From contig JAUYMS010000003.1 in the NCBI GenBank assembly GCA_030698625.1, positions 83,471-147,470 on the forward strand: a stretch of 64,000 nucleotides of DNA, given 5' to 3'. The notes below the pieces were generated by a model. That model was given only the letters and a program-made list of their open reading frames with translations, searched no databases and had not been told where the DNA came from. The translations under genes and the position numbers were made by a program. Source of the stretch: Candidatus Omnitrophota bacterium. GTDB lineage: Bacteria > Omnitrophota > Omnitrophia > Omnitrophales > Aquincolibacteriaceae. Within the stretch, counting starts at the first letter, position 1. Each line of letters begins with the position of its first letter. Positions 37,656-46,924 of the stretch are shown here, in pieces.

Positions 37656-37738
37656 GCGCCCCCTCGAGGCAAAAGCAAGCCTGCCCAACGCTACCGAAGG
37701 ACGGCCAGGAAACGCTCCTCCTCCGGCATCTGCGCCAC

Positions 37739-37767
37739 GAGGTGAAAACAAGGCTGTCCGAAACGCT
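37739..37767. repeat. 29-nt intergenic repeat, copy A (GAGGTGAAAACAAGGCTGTCCGAAACGCT)
   Basis: Read directly. Its reverse complement recurs at 38056-38084 (28/29 identical) and, shortened, at 37861-37884. Confidence 0.7.
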
Positions 37768-37860
37768 TCAGATTTCTTGGCCTATCTTGCCCATCAAAGT
37801 CTCGCAGAAAACCGGTGACTTTGATAATCGCTGATACGGCCAGAGAACTCCTCCGCATGT

Positions 37861-37884
37861 TTCTGACAGCCTTGTTTTCACCTC
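37861..37884. repeat. Intergenic repeat, copy B (inverted and truncated)
   Basis: TTCTGACAGCCTTGTTTTCACCTC is the reverse complement of copy A over 20 contiguous nt plus 3 more. Confidence 0.65.
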
Positions 37885-37973
37885 TTGGGTCGTGCGGCGC
37901 TAAGGCAAAAGGAAGGGCGGACGGGGAATACTCCGGAAAAACAATTAGCGCTGTTTGCGGAGTCGAGGTGATA

Positions 37974-38001
37974 AATTTTTGGGGCGACAGTCCCAAAAAT
38001 T
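37974..38001. other. AT-rich hairpin AATTTTTGGG-gcgacagt-CCCAAAAATT in the convergent intergenic region
   Basis: 10-bp perfect inverted repeat read directly. The GC core is weak, so it is at best a weak bidirectional terminator. Confidence 0.3.
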
Positions 38002-38055
38002 AACTCCGAGCGAAGCAGCGCGTTTTGGTGGTGTGTTTCCTGTCCGTCCTTGTCG

Positions 38056-38084
38056 AGCGTTTCGGACAGACTTGTTTTCACCTC
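38056..38084. repeat. Intergenic repeat, copy C (inverted)
   Basis: AGCGTTTCGGACAGACTTGTTTTCACCTC is the reverse complement of copy A with one mismatch. It ends 16 nt before the nuoI stop codon. Confidence 0.7.
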
Positions 38085-38100
38085 AGCGGAAGCGGATCTG

Positions 38101-38655
38101 TTACGGGCGTTTGGGGTCGATCTGGACGGTGTAGTTGGGGTTGGGGTCGAGAAGCTCATTCATGTTGAGCTTCATGCCTTCGCGGCTGTAAGCCGCAAGA
38201 TTCAGGATGTGAGTATCCATCCGAATGGCATCTTCAGGACAGGCCTCCACACAGAATCCGCAAAAGACACATAGCCCAAGATCAATATCAAAACTCTTGG
38301 GGCGCTTCTCGATCGTAGGATCGGGATGCTCTTCTGCCACAATATAAATACACTTTGCCGGACAAACGGTCTCACACATCATACAGGCGACACATCGCGC
38401 CGAACCGTCTTCGCGTTTTGTGAGCCGGTGGCGGGTACGCGAGCGGGGAGCGAGCGGGCGTTTGTGTTCGGGGTACATAATCGTTACGGCGGCCCGAACG
38501 GCTTTGAAAAGCCCGAAGCGGTGCATGGTGTGAAAAAAGAGATTGCGCCAGAAATGGCCCCCGGTAATACACACCCCGCGGATGATTTCCGGGATGTAGA
38601 TCTGCTGCCAGAATGTCATCTTCGGGCGTTTAATGATTTTTGTCGTAATAGCCAT
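38101..38655 (-). CDS. nuoI: NADH-quinone oxidoreductase subunit I (2x[4Fe-4S])
   Basis: Two ferredoxin motifs, CVACMMCETVCP and CVFCGFCVEACP. The N-terminal IIRGVCITGGHFWRNLF is typical of NuoI. Confidence 0.9.
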   Translation of the reverse strand: MAITTKIIKRPKMTFWQQIYIPEIIRGVCITGGHFWRNLFFHTMHRFGLFKAVRAAVTIMYPEHKRPLAPRSRTRHRLTKREDGSARCVACMMCETVCPAKCIYIVAEEHPDPTIEKRPKSFDIDLGLCVFCGFCVEACPEDAIRMDTHILNLAAYSREGMKLNMNELLDPNPNYTVQIDPKRP

Positions 38656-38670
38656 AATTACCTTTTGTGC

Positions 38671-40098
38671 TCAGAATAGGGCATGAACGGCGGTACGCGT
38701 AAAAGAAAGGACCGGTTCCTGCCAGAATCCGACCAGGATGATCGACGCGGTCAAGATCACCAAGAGAAAGCGCGAGACCGGGGATACGCCGATAGCCTGC
38801 TCACTGGACGACTCCTCAATATACATCATTCTGACAAGGCTCAAATAATAAAAGAGCGATATTGCGACGGCTAAAGCGCCGAGGAGAGCGAGCCAGCCGA
38901 GGCCTCCGCGCACCGCCGCAAGCAACACGAGAAACTTTCCGAAAAATCCGGCCAGCGGGGGAACGCCTGCCAGTGACAGAAGCGCGACAAAAAAAGTTCC
39001 GGCTAGAAACGGTGATCGCTTGGCCAGGCCCCGGTAGGCGTCGATCTTATCGCTGCCCACTCTCCTGCCGACTTCCGTGATCACGATAAATGCCGCAATA
39101 TTAGTGAGGCCGTAAGCCACGAGATAATAAAGCAGGGCCGAAGTTCCCGCTTCACCTCCCACGGCAATGCCGATCAAGAGATAACCCGCATGCCCGATAC
39201 TCGAATACCCGAAAAGCCGTTTGATATTGGTTTGAACCAGCGCTCCGAGATTGCCGTAGAGGATGGTCATGGCCGCGAGCACCGAAAACATCAGGGTACG
39301 CGCTGCTTCGAAAGGGATAAAGACCGTGAACAGCAACTTAAGGAGAATGGCGAATCCGGCCGCCTTCGAAGCGACCGAGAGGTAGGCCACGACGGGTGTC
39401 GGCGCGCCTTCGTAGACGTCAGGGACCCAGAACTGAAAGGGAACTGCCGCGACCTTAAAGCAGACTCCCGAAAGGATAAAGAGAATTCCGAGCAGGATGA
39501 GCGAATGGGTCGTTCGAAGCGCGAAGACCTCGCGGATCACCGGAAAGCTGGTAGAACCGCATGAGACATAGATGAGACTAATCCCGTATATCATGAAGGC
39601 CGAGGCCAGAGACCCCAAAATGAGGTATTTCAAGCCCGCTTCGATCGAGAGGAGCTCATGCTTAAGATAGGCCGCCATGATATAGAGAGAAAGGGTAAAT
39701 ATTTCGAGCGCTATAAATAGAAGCAGGAGGTCATTGGCCGAGACCAGGAAAAAGAGGCCTAAGAGCGAGCTCCACAACACCAGGTAAAATTCCCCCGGGT
39801 TTTTCAGACGCCGGTCAAAAAACTCGTGACACATGGGCACGACACCGATGAGCGTGATCGCAAAGAAAATCTTAAAAAATGTCGCAAGGGAATCCACCAT
39901 GAAGCTTCCCCCGAAAGTCGAGTCGGTCACACCCAAAACGGAGAAGCAGGCGATGAGCGTGACGAAAGAACCGAGAAAAGTGACCTGTGAGGCCAGCTTG
40001 CCCGAGAATTCCCGCGAAAACATCTCGCCGAAAAGCAGAATCATGAGGAACGCGAATACCGTCCATTCCGGAATTAAGAGGGACCACATGATGTTCAT
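38671..40098 (-). CDS. nuoN: NADH-quinone oxidoreductase subunit N
   Basis: 475-aa polytopic antiporter-like protein (LLLLFIALEIFTLSLYIMAAY, FQFWVPDVYEGAPTPV). The 4-nt overlap with nuoM suggests coupling. Confidence 0.88.
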   Translation of the reverse strand: MNIMWSLLIPEWTVFAFLMILLFGEMFSREFSGKLASQVTFLGSFVTLIACFSVLGVTDSTFGGSFMVDSLATFFKIFFAITLIGVVPMCHEFFDRRLKNPGEFYLVLWSSLLGLFFLVSANDLLLLFIALEIFTLSLYIMAAYLKHELLSIEAGLKYLILGSLASAFMIYGISLIYVSCGSTSFPVIREVFALRTTHSLILLGILFILSGVCFKVAAVPFQFWVPDVYEGAPTPVVAYLSVASKAAGFAILLKLLFTVFIPFEAARTLMFSVLAAMTILYGNLGALVQTNIKRLFGYSSIGHAGYLLIGIAVGGEAGTSALLYYLVAYGLTNIAAFIVITEVGRRVGSDKIDAYRGLAKRSPFLAGTFFVALLSLAGVPPLAGFFGKFLVLLAAVRGGLGWLALLGALAVAISLFYYLSLVRMMYIEESSSEQAIGVSPVSRFLLVILTASIILVGFWQEPVLSFTRTAVHALF

Positions 40099-41549
40099 GA
40101 CAGGATCGCCTCTACGGTAGGTCCGATAATCCGGAGGAGGCCCTGTGGCCAGAACCCGAACAAGAGCAGCGCGCCGAGCAAGAGCAGAAAAGGGAACTTT
40201 TCAAAAAGGGTTACGGCATCTTTGATCTGGCTCCAGCGGGGGTTCGGGGGGCCGTAGCAAACCTGCTGGACAGTGCGAAGGAGATAAATGGCTGTGATCA
40301 GAATTCCGAATACGGCCAAACACACAATCAGCGGATAGCGCGGCCAAGTCCCGATAAAGACTACGAGTTCGGACGCGAAATTAGAAAATCCGGGCAAACC
40401 GAGCGACGCCATGCAGGCCATCACAAGACACATGCCCACAAAAGGGATCTGTTTGGCGAGGCCGCCAAAATCTGCGATGCCGCGCATATGCGATTGTTCA
40501 TAGATAAAACCGACGAGTGCAAAAGTGCAGGCGGCCATGACGCCGTGCGAAAACATGAGGAAGACGGCGCCCGAGAGCGCGACCGGCGTTAGCGCCGCAA
40601 TTCCCAGCAGGACGTAGCCCATGTGACTGACACTGGAGAAACCGATGATGAATTTGAGATCCTGTTGGCGAATAGCGGCGTAGCCCGCATAAAGAATTCC
40701 AATTGCGGCCAAAACGGCAAGGGGTGTTGCCCAATGCGCAACGCCATCGGGCAGTAAAGTGACCGCCACACGCAGGATCATATACGGGCCCATCTTTTTC
40801 AGGACTCCGGCGTGAAGCATGCTGACCGAGGTCGGGGCAGCGGCATAACCGATGGGCGACCAGCTGTGCAGGGGCCAGAGGGATGCGATCACCCCAAAGC
40901 CGATCAATAAGAACGGTGCAATCCAGTTCTGGATGCTCTGATCCAACGGCGCGGCCTTAAGGGTGTCGGCCATGCGGATAAGGTCAAAACTGTTTGCTCC
41001 CATCCGGTGGTACAAAACGAGCAGGCCAAAAAGCGCGATGACGGCACCGGCCGTGATAAACAACGTCAGCTGCATCGCGCCGTACTCCTTGTTCTTGCTG
41101 CCCCAGATTCCGATCATCGGATAAAGCGGAATCAGGGTCATTTCATAGAAGAGGTAAAGGAAGAAAAGATCCAGCACGGTGAAGACACCGTAAATCGCGC
41201 CTACAAGCAGAAGGAAAAAAATGTGGTATTCCTTGGCTCTTTTGCTTACCGAGCATGACATAAACGCACCGGCGAGCGAGACCAGTGCGTGAAGCAGGCA
41301 CAGGGTCATGTTGATGCCGTCCAAACCGACCTGATAGGAAATGCCCAGAGACGGAACCCAATCGAAACGCTGCACGTATTGATAGCCGGCATTTCCGATT
41401 TCAAAATTTACGAGAAGGGAGACGGTAATCGCAAAACAGACCGAACATGCACCCAGTGTCAAACGGCGAATCAGGCGGTCCTGAGACTCCGGGACAAAGA
41501 GCATGAGAAAGGCGGTTGCGATCGGGATCCATGGAAGATAAAGGATCAT
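40095..41549 (-). CDS. nuoM: NADH-quinone oxidoreductase subunit M
   Basis: 484-aa antiporter-like subunit (LFFLYLFYEMTLIPLYPMIGIWGS, WSPIGYAAAPTSVSMLHAGVLKKMG). Confidence 0.88.
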   Translation of the reverse strand: MILYLPWIPIATAFLMLFVPESQDRLIRRLTLGACSVCFAITVSLLVNFEIGNAGYQYVQRFDWVPSLGISYQVGLDGINMTLCLLHALVSLAGAFMSCSVSKRAKEYHIFFLLLVGAIYGVFTVLDLFFLYLFYEMTLIPLYPMIGIWGSKNKEYGAMQLTLFITAGAVIALFGLLVLYHRMGANSFDLIRMADTLKAAPLDQSIQNWIAPFLLIGFGVIASLWPLHSWSPIGYAAAPTSVSMLHAGVLKKMGPYMILRVAVTLLPDGVAHWATPLAVLAAIGILYAGYAAIRQQDLKFIIGFSSVSHMGYVLLGIAALTPVALSGAVFLMFSHGVMAACTFALVGFIYEQSHMRGIADFGGLAKQIPFVGMCLVMACMASLGLPGFSNFASELVVFIGTWPRYPLIVCLAVFGILITAIYLLRTVQQVCYGPPNPRWSQIKDAVTLFEKFPFLLLLGALLLFGFWPQGLLRIIGPTVEAILS

Positions 41550-43465
41550 GATGCCCCCGACAAAATGAGCATGTAGATGCAGACCGTGACGCCTAGGGTG
41601 AATATTAAGGCATAGAACTGAATGATTCCCGTCTGTAGACGCCGGAGTAGATCCCCGGTTCCGCGGGTTAGCTGCGCCAGGCCGTTCATGCCGATTTCGA
41701 CTACGACGTAACGCTCGAATAAGTCCGACAATCTCGCAATGTTTTCCTGCACGAACCGGATGATGAGGTCATAGAAGTCGTCGAAGAAATACTTTCTTTC
41801 CAGAATCGAAACCGGGCCATGCCAAGCTGAGTCGAGGCCGAGAAGACTTGAGCCGCGATTCCGGTACAAGTAGAACGCCGACGAAAATCCCGCGGCAGCA
41901 AGTCCGAGCGAAATAGCGGCAAGTGCCGCCGGCCCGTGCCCGGCGCTATGAGCCTCACCAGTTGCAAGAAATGCGTCCAGCGGTAGATATCCGCCCACCA
42001 CCGATAGAACGGCCAGGGTCACAAGCGGAACGAGGATTCGCCAATCGGGTTCGTGTATATGCGGAGCCGGTGCGCCGCCCGTTTCCTGCCCGTGTCCGGT
42101 CAGGAACACAATGGTAAAAAGCCGCCCCATATAAAAGGCAGTCAGAAAAACAGTGACAAGAGCGATCACAAAAAGAGGCGCCGGGCCGTGGCTGGCCTGG
42201 GCCAAAATGGCCTCCTTGCTGAAGAAGCCGCTCAAAGGCGGGATCCCCATCAGGGCCAGCGTACCCAAAAGAAAAGTCCAACTCGTGACGGGCATTTTCC
42301 TCAAGAAGAGGCATCCCTTTCTTCGGCTATCTTCATGGGTGCGTGCCAGTGTGGACATCTCCCAGATATTCTGAGTATGAAGTACGTGGATGAGACTGCC
42401 GGCGCCCAAAAAGAGAAGCGCTTTAAAAAAGGCATGTGTCGTAAGGTGGAACATGCCCGCGCTTACACTTCCGAGCCCCAGGGCCATCACCATGTATCCG
42501 AGCTGACTCAGTGTGGAATAAGCCAGGATCTTCTTGATGTCCGTCTGCACAATGGCGACGGTTGCAGCTAAAAGTGCCGTGATGCCGCCCGTCCATGCAA
42601 TAACGCCGAGTGCGGTCTCGCTCATGTGAAAGAGAAAAAAGACCCTCGCGAGCAGGAACACACCGGCCACAACCATGGTGGCTGCGTGGATAAGGGCGCT
42701 GACCGGTGTCGGGCCTTCCATGGCGTCGGGAAGCCAGACATGGAGAGGGACTTGTGCGGATTTGCCGACGACCCCGAGAAAAATAAGAAGGCTGATGCCG
42801 CACATGAAACCTTCCGAGATGCCGGCCTGGGGCAGCACTTCCTCGAGTTTAGCAAAATTGAAAGTGCCGAGCCCCTTGTCGGTAAGAAAGCCATAGAGTA
42901 AAAGGATGCCGATCATCATGCCCACGTCGCCGACACGTGTCGTGAGAAAAGCCTTTTTTCCCGCGGTGCTTGCTTCCGGCTTCTCGAACCAAAAACCGAT
43001 GAGGAGGTAAGAGCTTAGGCCCACGAGTTCCCAAAATATAAAAATTTGAATGAAATTATTAGAGAGGACAATGCCCAGCATGGAAAAGACGAAAAGGGAG
43101 AGGCTCGCGAAATAGCGCGCAAGCGAGGCATCTTTTTCCATGTAGGCGGTGGAGTAAAGAAAGATGAGGGTTCCGACTCCCGTAACGATCAACAGCATGA
43201 TGAGGCTCAAGCCGTTTAAGGAAATCCCGAACTCGATATGAACCGCTCCCAGGCGAATCCATGTCAGTGCCGACTCGATAACCGCGGGATGAGCGCTCCC
43301 CGCCGCGAAAAATTGCAGGCATACTGAAACGCTTGCCAAAAATGCGAGGAACATGGCGGCCGTGGCAAGCCACGCGGCAATCCGCGGACGGGTCATGAAT
43401 AAGCACACGATGAGCGTTGTCGTAAGAAACGGAACCCAGAGAATCATCCACGCAAGCGAAATCAC
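41546..43465 (-). CDS. nuoL: NADH-quinone oxidoreductase subunit L
   Basis: 639 aa, with FIFWELVGLSSYLLIGFWFEKPEA, HVWLPDAMEGPTPVSALIHAATMV and a long C-terminal extension typical of NuoL. Confidence 0.9.
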   Translation of the reverse strand: MISLAWMILWVPFLTTTLIVCLFMTRPRIAAWLATAAMFLAFLASVSVCLQFFAAGSAHPAVIESALTWIRLGAVHIEFGISLNGLSLIMLLIVTGVGTLIFLYSTAYMEKDASLARYFASLSLFVFSMLGIVLSNNFIQIFIFWELVGLSSYLLIGFWFEKPEASTAGKKAFLTTRVGDVGMMIGILLLYGFLTDKGLGTFNFAKLEEVLPQAGISEGFMCGISLLIFLGVVGKSAQVPLHVWLPDAMEGPTPVSALIHAATMVVAGVFLLARVFFLFHMSETALGVIAWTGGITALLAATVAIVQTDIKKILAYSTLSQLGYMVMALGLGSVSAGMFHLTTHAFFKALLFLGAGSLIHVLHTQNIWEMSTLARTHEDSRRKGCLFLRKMPVTSWTFLLGTLALMGIPPLSGFFSKEAILAQASHGPAPLFVIALVTVFLTAFYMGRLFTIVFLTGHGQETGGAPAPHIHEPDWRILVPLVTLAVLSVVGGYLPLDAFLATGEAHSAGHGPAALAAISLGLAAAGFSSAFYLYRNRGSSLLGLDSAWHGPVSILERKYFFDDFYDLIIRFVQENIARLSDLFERYVVVEIGMNGLAQLTRGTGDLLRRLQTGIIQFYALIFTLGVTVCIYMLILSGAS

Positions 43466-43468
43466 TGC

Positions 43469-43774
43469 TTATCCTTTTAAGTGGCGAATGTCATTGGTAT
43501 CCACGGAGTCCATTTTTCGGAAAAGCAGTACTGCGATGGCAAGTCCGATCGTTACCTCTGCGGCGGCAATAACCATCACAAAGAAGGCCGTCAACTGGCC
43601 GTTGATTTCCCCGTGTAAGGCCGAGCCCGCAATAAAGTTCAAATTTGCGGCATTCAGCATGAGCTCGATAGACAATAAGATAAGGAGAATATTGCGGCGT
43701 ATCATTAAGCCGAATAGGCCGATCGTAAAAAGGATGCCGCTTACGATGAGATAATGGCTGAGCGGGATTGTCAT
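43469..43774 (-). CDS. nuoK: NADH-quinone oxidoreductase subunit K
   Basis: 101 aa, with LSIELMLNAANLNFIA and a conserved Glu in TM2/TM3. Confidence 0.9.
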   Translation of the reverse strand: MTIPLSHYLIVSGILFTIGLFGLMIRRNILLILLSIELMLNAANLNFIAGSALHGEINGQLTAFFVMVIAAAEVTIGLAIAVLLFRKMDSVDTNDIRHLKG

Positions 43775-44271
43775 GCCTCACCCTTTTCTTTTTTTGCGAG
43801 TGCAACCGCAGCAAAGACACTGACAAGGAGTAAGAAAGACGTCAATTCAAAGGGCAAAATATAATCCGTAAAAAGGAGCTTGCCCACGGCTTCAACGGTT
43901 CCGGAAACCTCGCGGGCGGGAGGGGATATCAGACCCGAGATAATATAGGTCATTCCCGCCAGCAGAACCATCGCCGCAATGGGGGCAAAGAATAAAAAAA
44001 GAGGATGAAACCGTTGAAGCACGCTGCTGTCTTTTGCTCCGATGCCTTGCAGCATGATCACAAAGAGAAATAAAACCAAAACAGCTCCCGCATAGACGAT
44101 CAGGTTGGCCATGGCAACGAAATGGGCGCCGAGAAGCACGTAAAGGACCGAAAGTGAAAACATGGTGAGCACAAGTGACAGAAGGGCGCGCGTAGGCTCG
44201 GGGAGCAGGATGACGAACAGGGCTGTAAGAATGGCGAGACCGGAAAAACTATAAAAGAGGACTACGCCCAT
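43771..44271 (-). CDS. nuoJ: NADH-quinone oxidoreductase subunit J
   Basis: The tracked ORF extends to 44367, but that extension overlaps atpC. ATG at 44271 (MGVVLFYSFSGLAILTALFVILLPEP...) gives a standard 166-aa NuoJ that starts 4 nt after the atpC stop. Confidence 0.85.
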   Translation of the reverse strand: MGVVLFYSFSGLAILTALFVILLPEPTRALLSLVLTMFSLSVLYVLLGAHFVAMANLIVYAGAVLVLFLFVIMLQGIGAKDSSVLQRFHPLFLFFAPIAAMVLLAGMTYIISGLISPPAREVSGTVEAVGKLLFTDYILPFELTSFLLLVSVFAAVALAKKEKGEA

Positions 44272-44275
44272 AAAG

Positions 44276-44560
44276 TTATTCGAGGGGTTTGTCGCCGCCC
44301 TGAAAGGACTGCGTAAAAAATATAGCCTGATTATGGGCGACTTCAAAGAAGCCGGGACCCACCTCAAAGGTTTTCGCTTCTCGTTGATCCTTCTCGCTGA
44401 CTTCGAAACGACCGCCGGGAGAAGACGTCACGTAGGGCGCGTGATTCGCCAATACCCCGACAAAACCGCGTTCCCCGGGAATGAGACAATGACTTGCCTC
44501 TCCCGTGTACGAGACTCCCTGAGGAGTGATAACTTTAACTTGATAGAACGCCGGCATCAA
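44276..44560 (-). CDS. atpC: F1 ATP synthase epsilon subunit (short, beta-sandwich only)
   Basis: Located just after atpD. VKVITPQGVSYTGEASHCLIPGERGFVGVLANHAPYVT is the epsilon N-terminal domain. At 94 aa it has no C-terminal helical hairpin. Confidence 0.8.
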   Translation of the reverse strand: MMPAFYQVKVITPQGVSYTGEASHCLIPGERGFVGVLANHAPYVTSSPGGRFEVSEKDQREAKTFEVGPGFFEVAHNQAIFFTQSFQGGDKPLE

Positions 44561-44567
44561 AAACGCC

Positions 44568-46032
<1,465 letters not shown>

Positions 46033-46036
46033 TGCT

Positions 46037-46918
46037 TTACCTGAGTTTGAGGGCTTGAGAGCCCGACACAACCTCAATGAGTTCTTTTGTAATAGATGCT
46101 TGCCGCGCCTTATTGCGCAACAGCACTAAGGACTCAATCATTTCTTTTGCGTTTTTTGTCGCCTGATGCATCGCGTTCATGCGGGCGATCTGCTCCGAGA
46201 CAAAAGCTTCCAAAAAAATCATGCGCGTTTTCGCTTCGAAGAAAAGGGGGATCAACCTGTCAAAGATTTCGTCCGTTGACGGTTCAAAAATATAGTCCGT
46301 GCCTGCTCCCGGCGCGTCCTCCTGGGCCGCCTCAGGCTCTTCCAAGGGCAGGACTTTTTCTAACACGGCCTTGTAAGCCGTGCGAGTAAGAAAATGACAA
46401 TAAACAACATAGACCGCGTCGACTTCGCGGTCAAGATACAGCTTTTCGAGGGTCGCTTGAAACTCGCGCAAAACAGGTTCGACCTGGCTCGCACGAGTAT
46501 CGGTAAAACCTCTATGAAATCGGTGGCCTTTGCGCTCAAGGGCACTAATGCCGCTCTTGCCGACCCCGACGAGCAGGCAGCGCTCCTTTTTTCCTGCAAG
46601 AAACGCGTTCGCCATGTTGATGAGCTCCGTGTTATAGGTCCCGCAAAGTCCCGCGTCTGAGGTGATGAGTACCAAGGCGATACGATTTTCAGTCTTTTTC
46701 TCGAAGAACGGGTGCAGCTTCCGCTCGGCGTCACCTTGCGCGCCGTTCAGCCGCTTCAAAAGTGTTTCGATTCCCTCGGTGAAGGGTTTTGCATCCTGCA
46801 TCATGGTCTGAAAGCGCCTGAGTTTGGCGGCGGCAACCATCTCCATGGCGCGCGTGATCTTCTTAGTGTTCTCTACGCTGCGAATTCGATTTTTAAGGAC
46901 TCTTAATTGACCGGACAT
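46037..46918 (-). CDS. atpG: F1 ATP synthase gamma subunit
   Basis: 293 aa. N-terminal LRVLKNRIRSVENTKKITRAMEMVAAAKLRR and C-terminal ITKELIEVVSG are gamma signatures. Confidence 0.95.
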   Translation of the reverse strand: MSGQLRVLKNRIRSVENTKKITRAMEMVAAAKLRRFQTMMQDAKPFTEGIETLLKRLNGAQGDAERKLHPFFEKKTENRIALVLITSDAGLCGTYNTELINMANAFLAGKKERCLLVGVGKSGISALERKGHRFHRGFTDTRASQVEPVLREFQATLEKLYLDREVDAVYVVYCHFLTRTAYKAVLEKVLPLEEPEAAQEDAPGAGTDYIFEPSTDEIFDRLIPLFFEAKTRMIFLEAFVSEQIARMNAMHQATKNAKEMIESLVLLRNKARQASITKELIEVVSGSQALKLR

Positions 46919-46924
46919 CCTGGT

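Noticed and set aside
2343-37064. RSELR as a DNA-level repeat (recombination site, restriction/palindromic site or REP element); several copies contain GAGCTC.
   Set aside because: The 15-nt units differ at nearly every synonymous position (all six Leu codons, five Ser codons, six Arg codons), so there is no conserved nucleotide core. Only the peptide is conserved.
903-37655. Giant ORF as an NRPS/PKS megasynthase, an RTX/adhesin-type repeat protein, or an Rhs/YD toxin.
   Set aside because: I found no condensation (HHxxxDG), adenylation, KS/AT or carrier-protein motifs, no GGxGxD nonapeptides, no Ig/cadherin-like periodicity and no YD repeats. The content is heterogeneous enzyme-like domains.
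903-37655. Giant ORF as an assembly artefact (collapsed or concatenated repeats).
   Set aside because: The sequence is non-repetitive at nucleotide level. The only internal duplications (4728-5321, 33207-35360) are diverged at the protein level. A chimeric join cannot be excluded without reads, so this is listed as a check under the main finding.
37691-37996. 101-aa minus-strand ORF (and the 62-93 aa ORFs at 37815-38159) in the giant-gene/nuoI intergenic region.
   Set aside because: It spans the inverted repeats, has no convincing RBS and no recognisable family. The tail ...MPEEERFLAVLR only faintly recalls four-helix-bundle 'intervening sequence' proteins, which is insufficient to call even a pseudogene.
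37739-38084. CRISPR array, suggested by the recurring ...CTTGTTTTCACCTC motif.
   Set aside because: There are only three copies, one in opposite orientation, with irregular spacing (about 95 and 170 nt), no spacer-like periodicity and no cas genes nearby.
43771-44367. Longer nuoJ start at 44367 (198 aa).
   Set aside because: The first 32 codons overlap atpC and encode a non-NuoJ-like basic peptide. ATG 44271 gives the conserved N-terminus and abuts the atpC stop.
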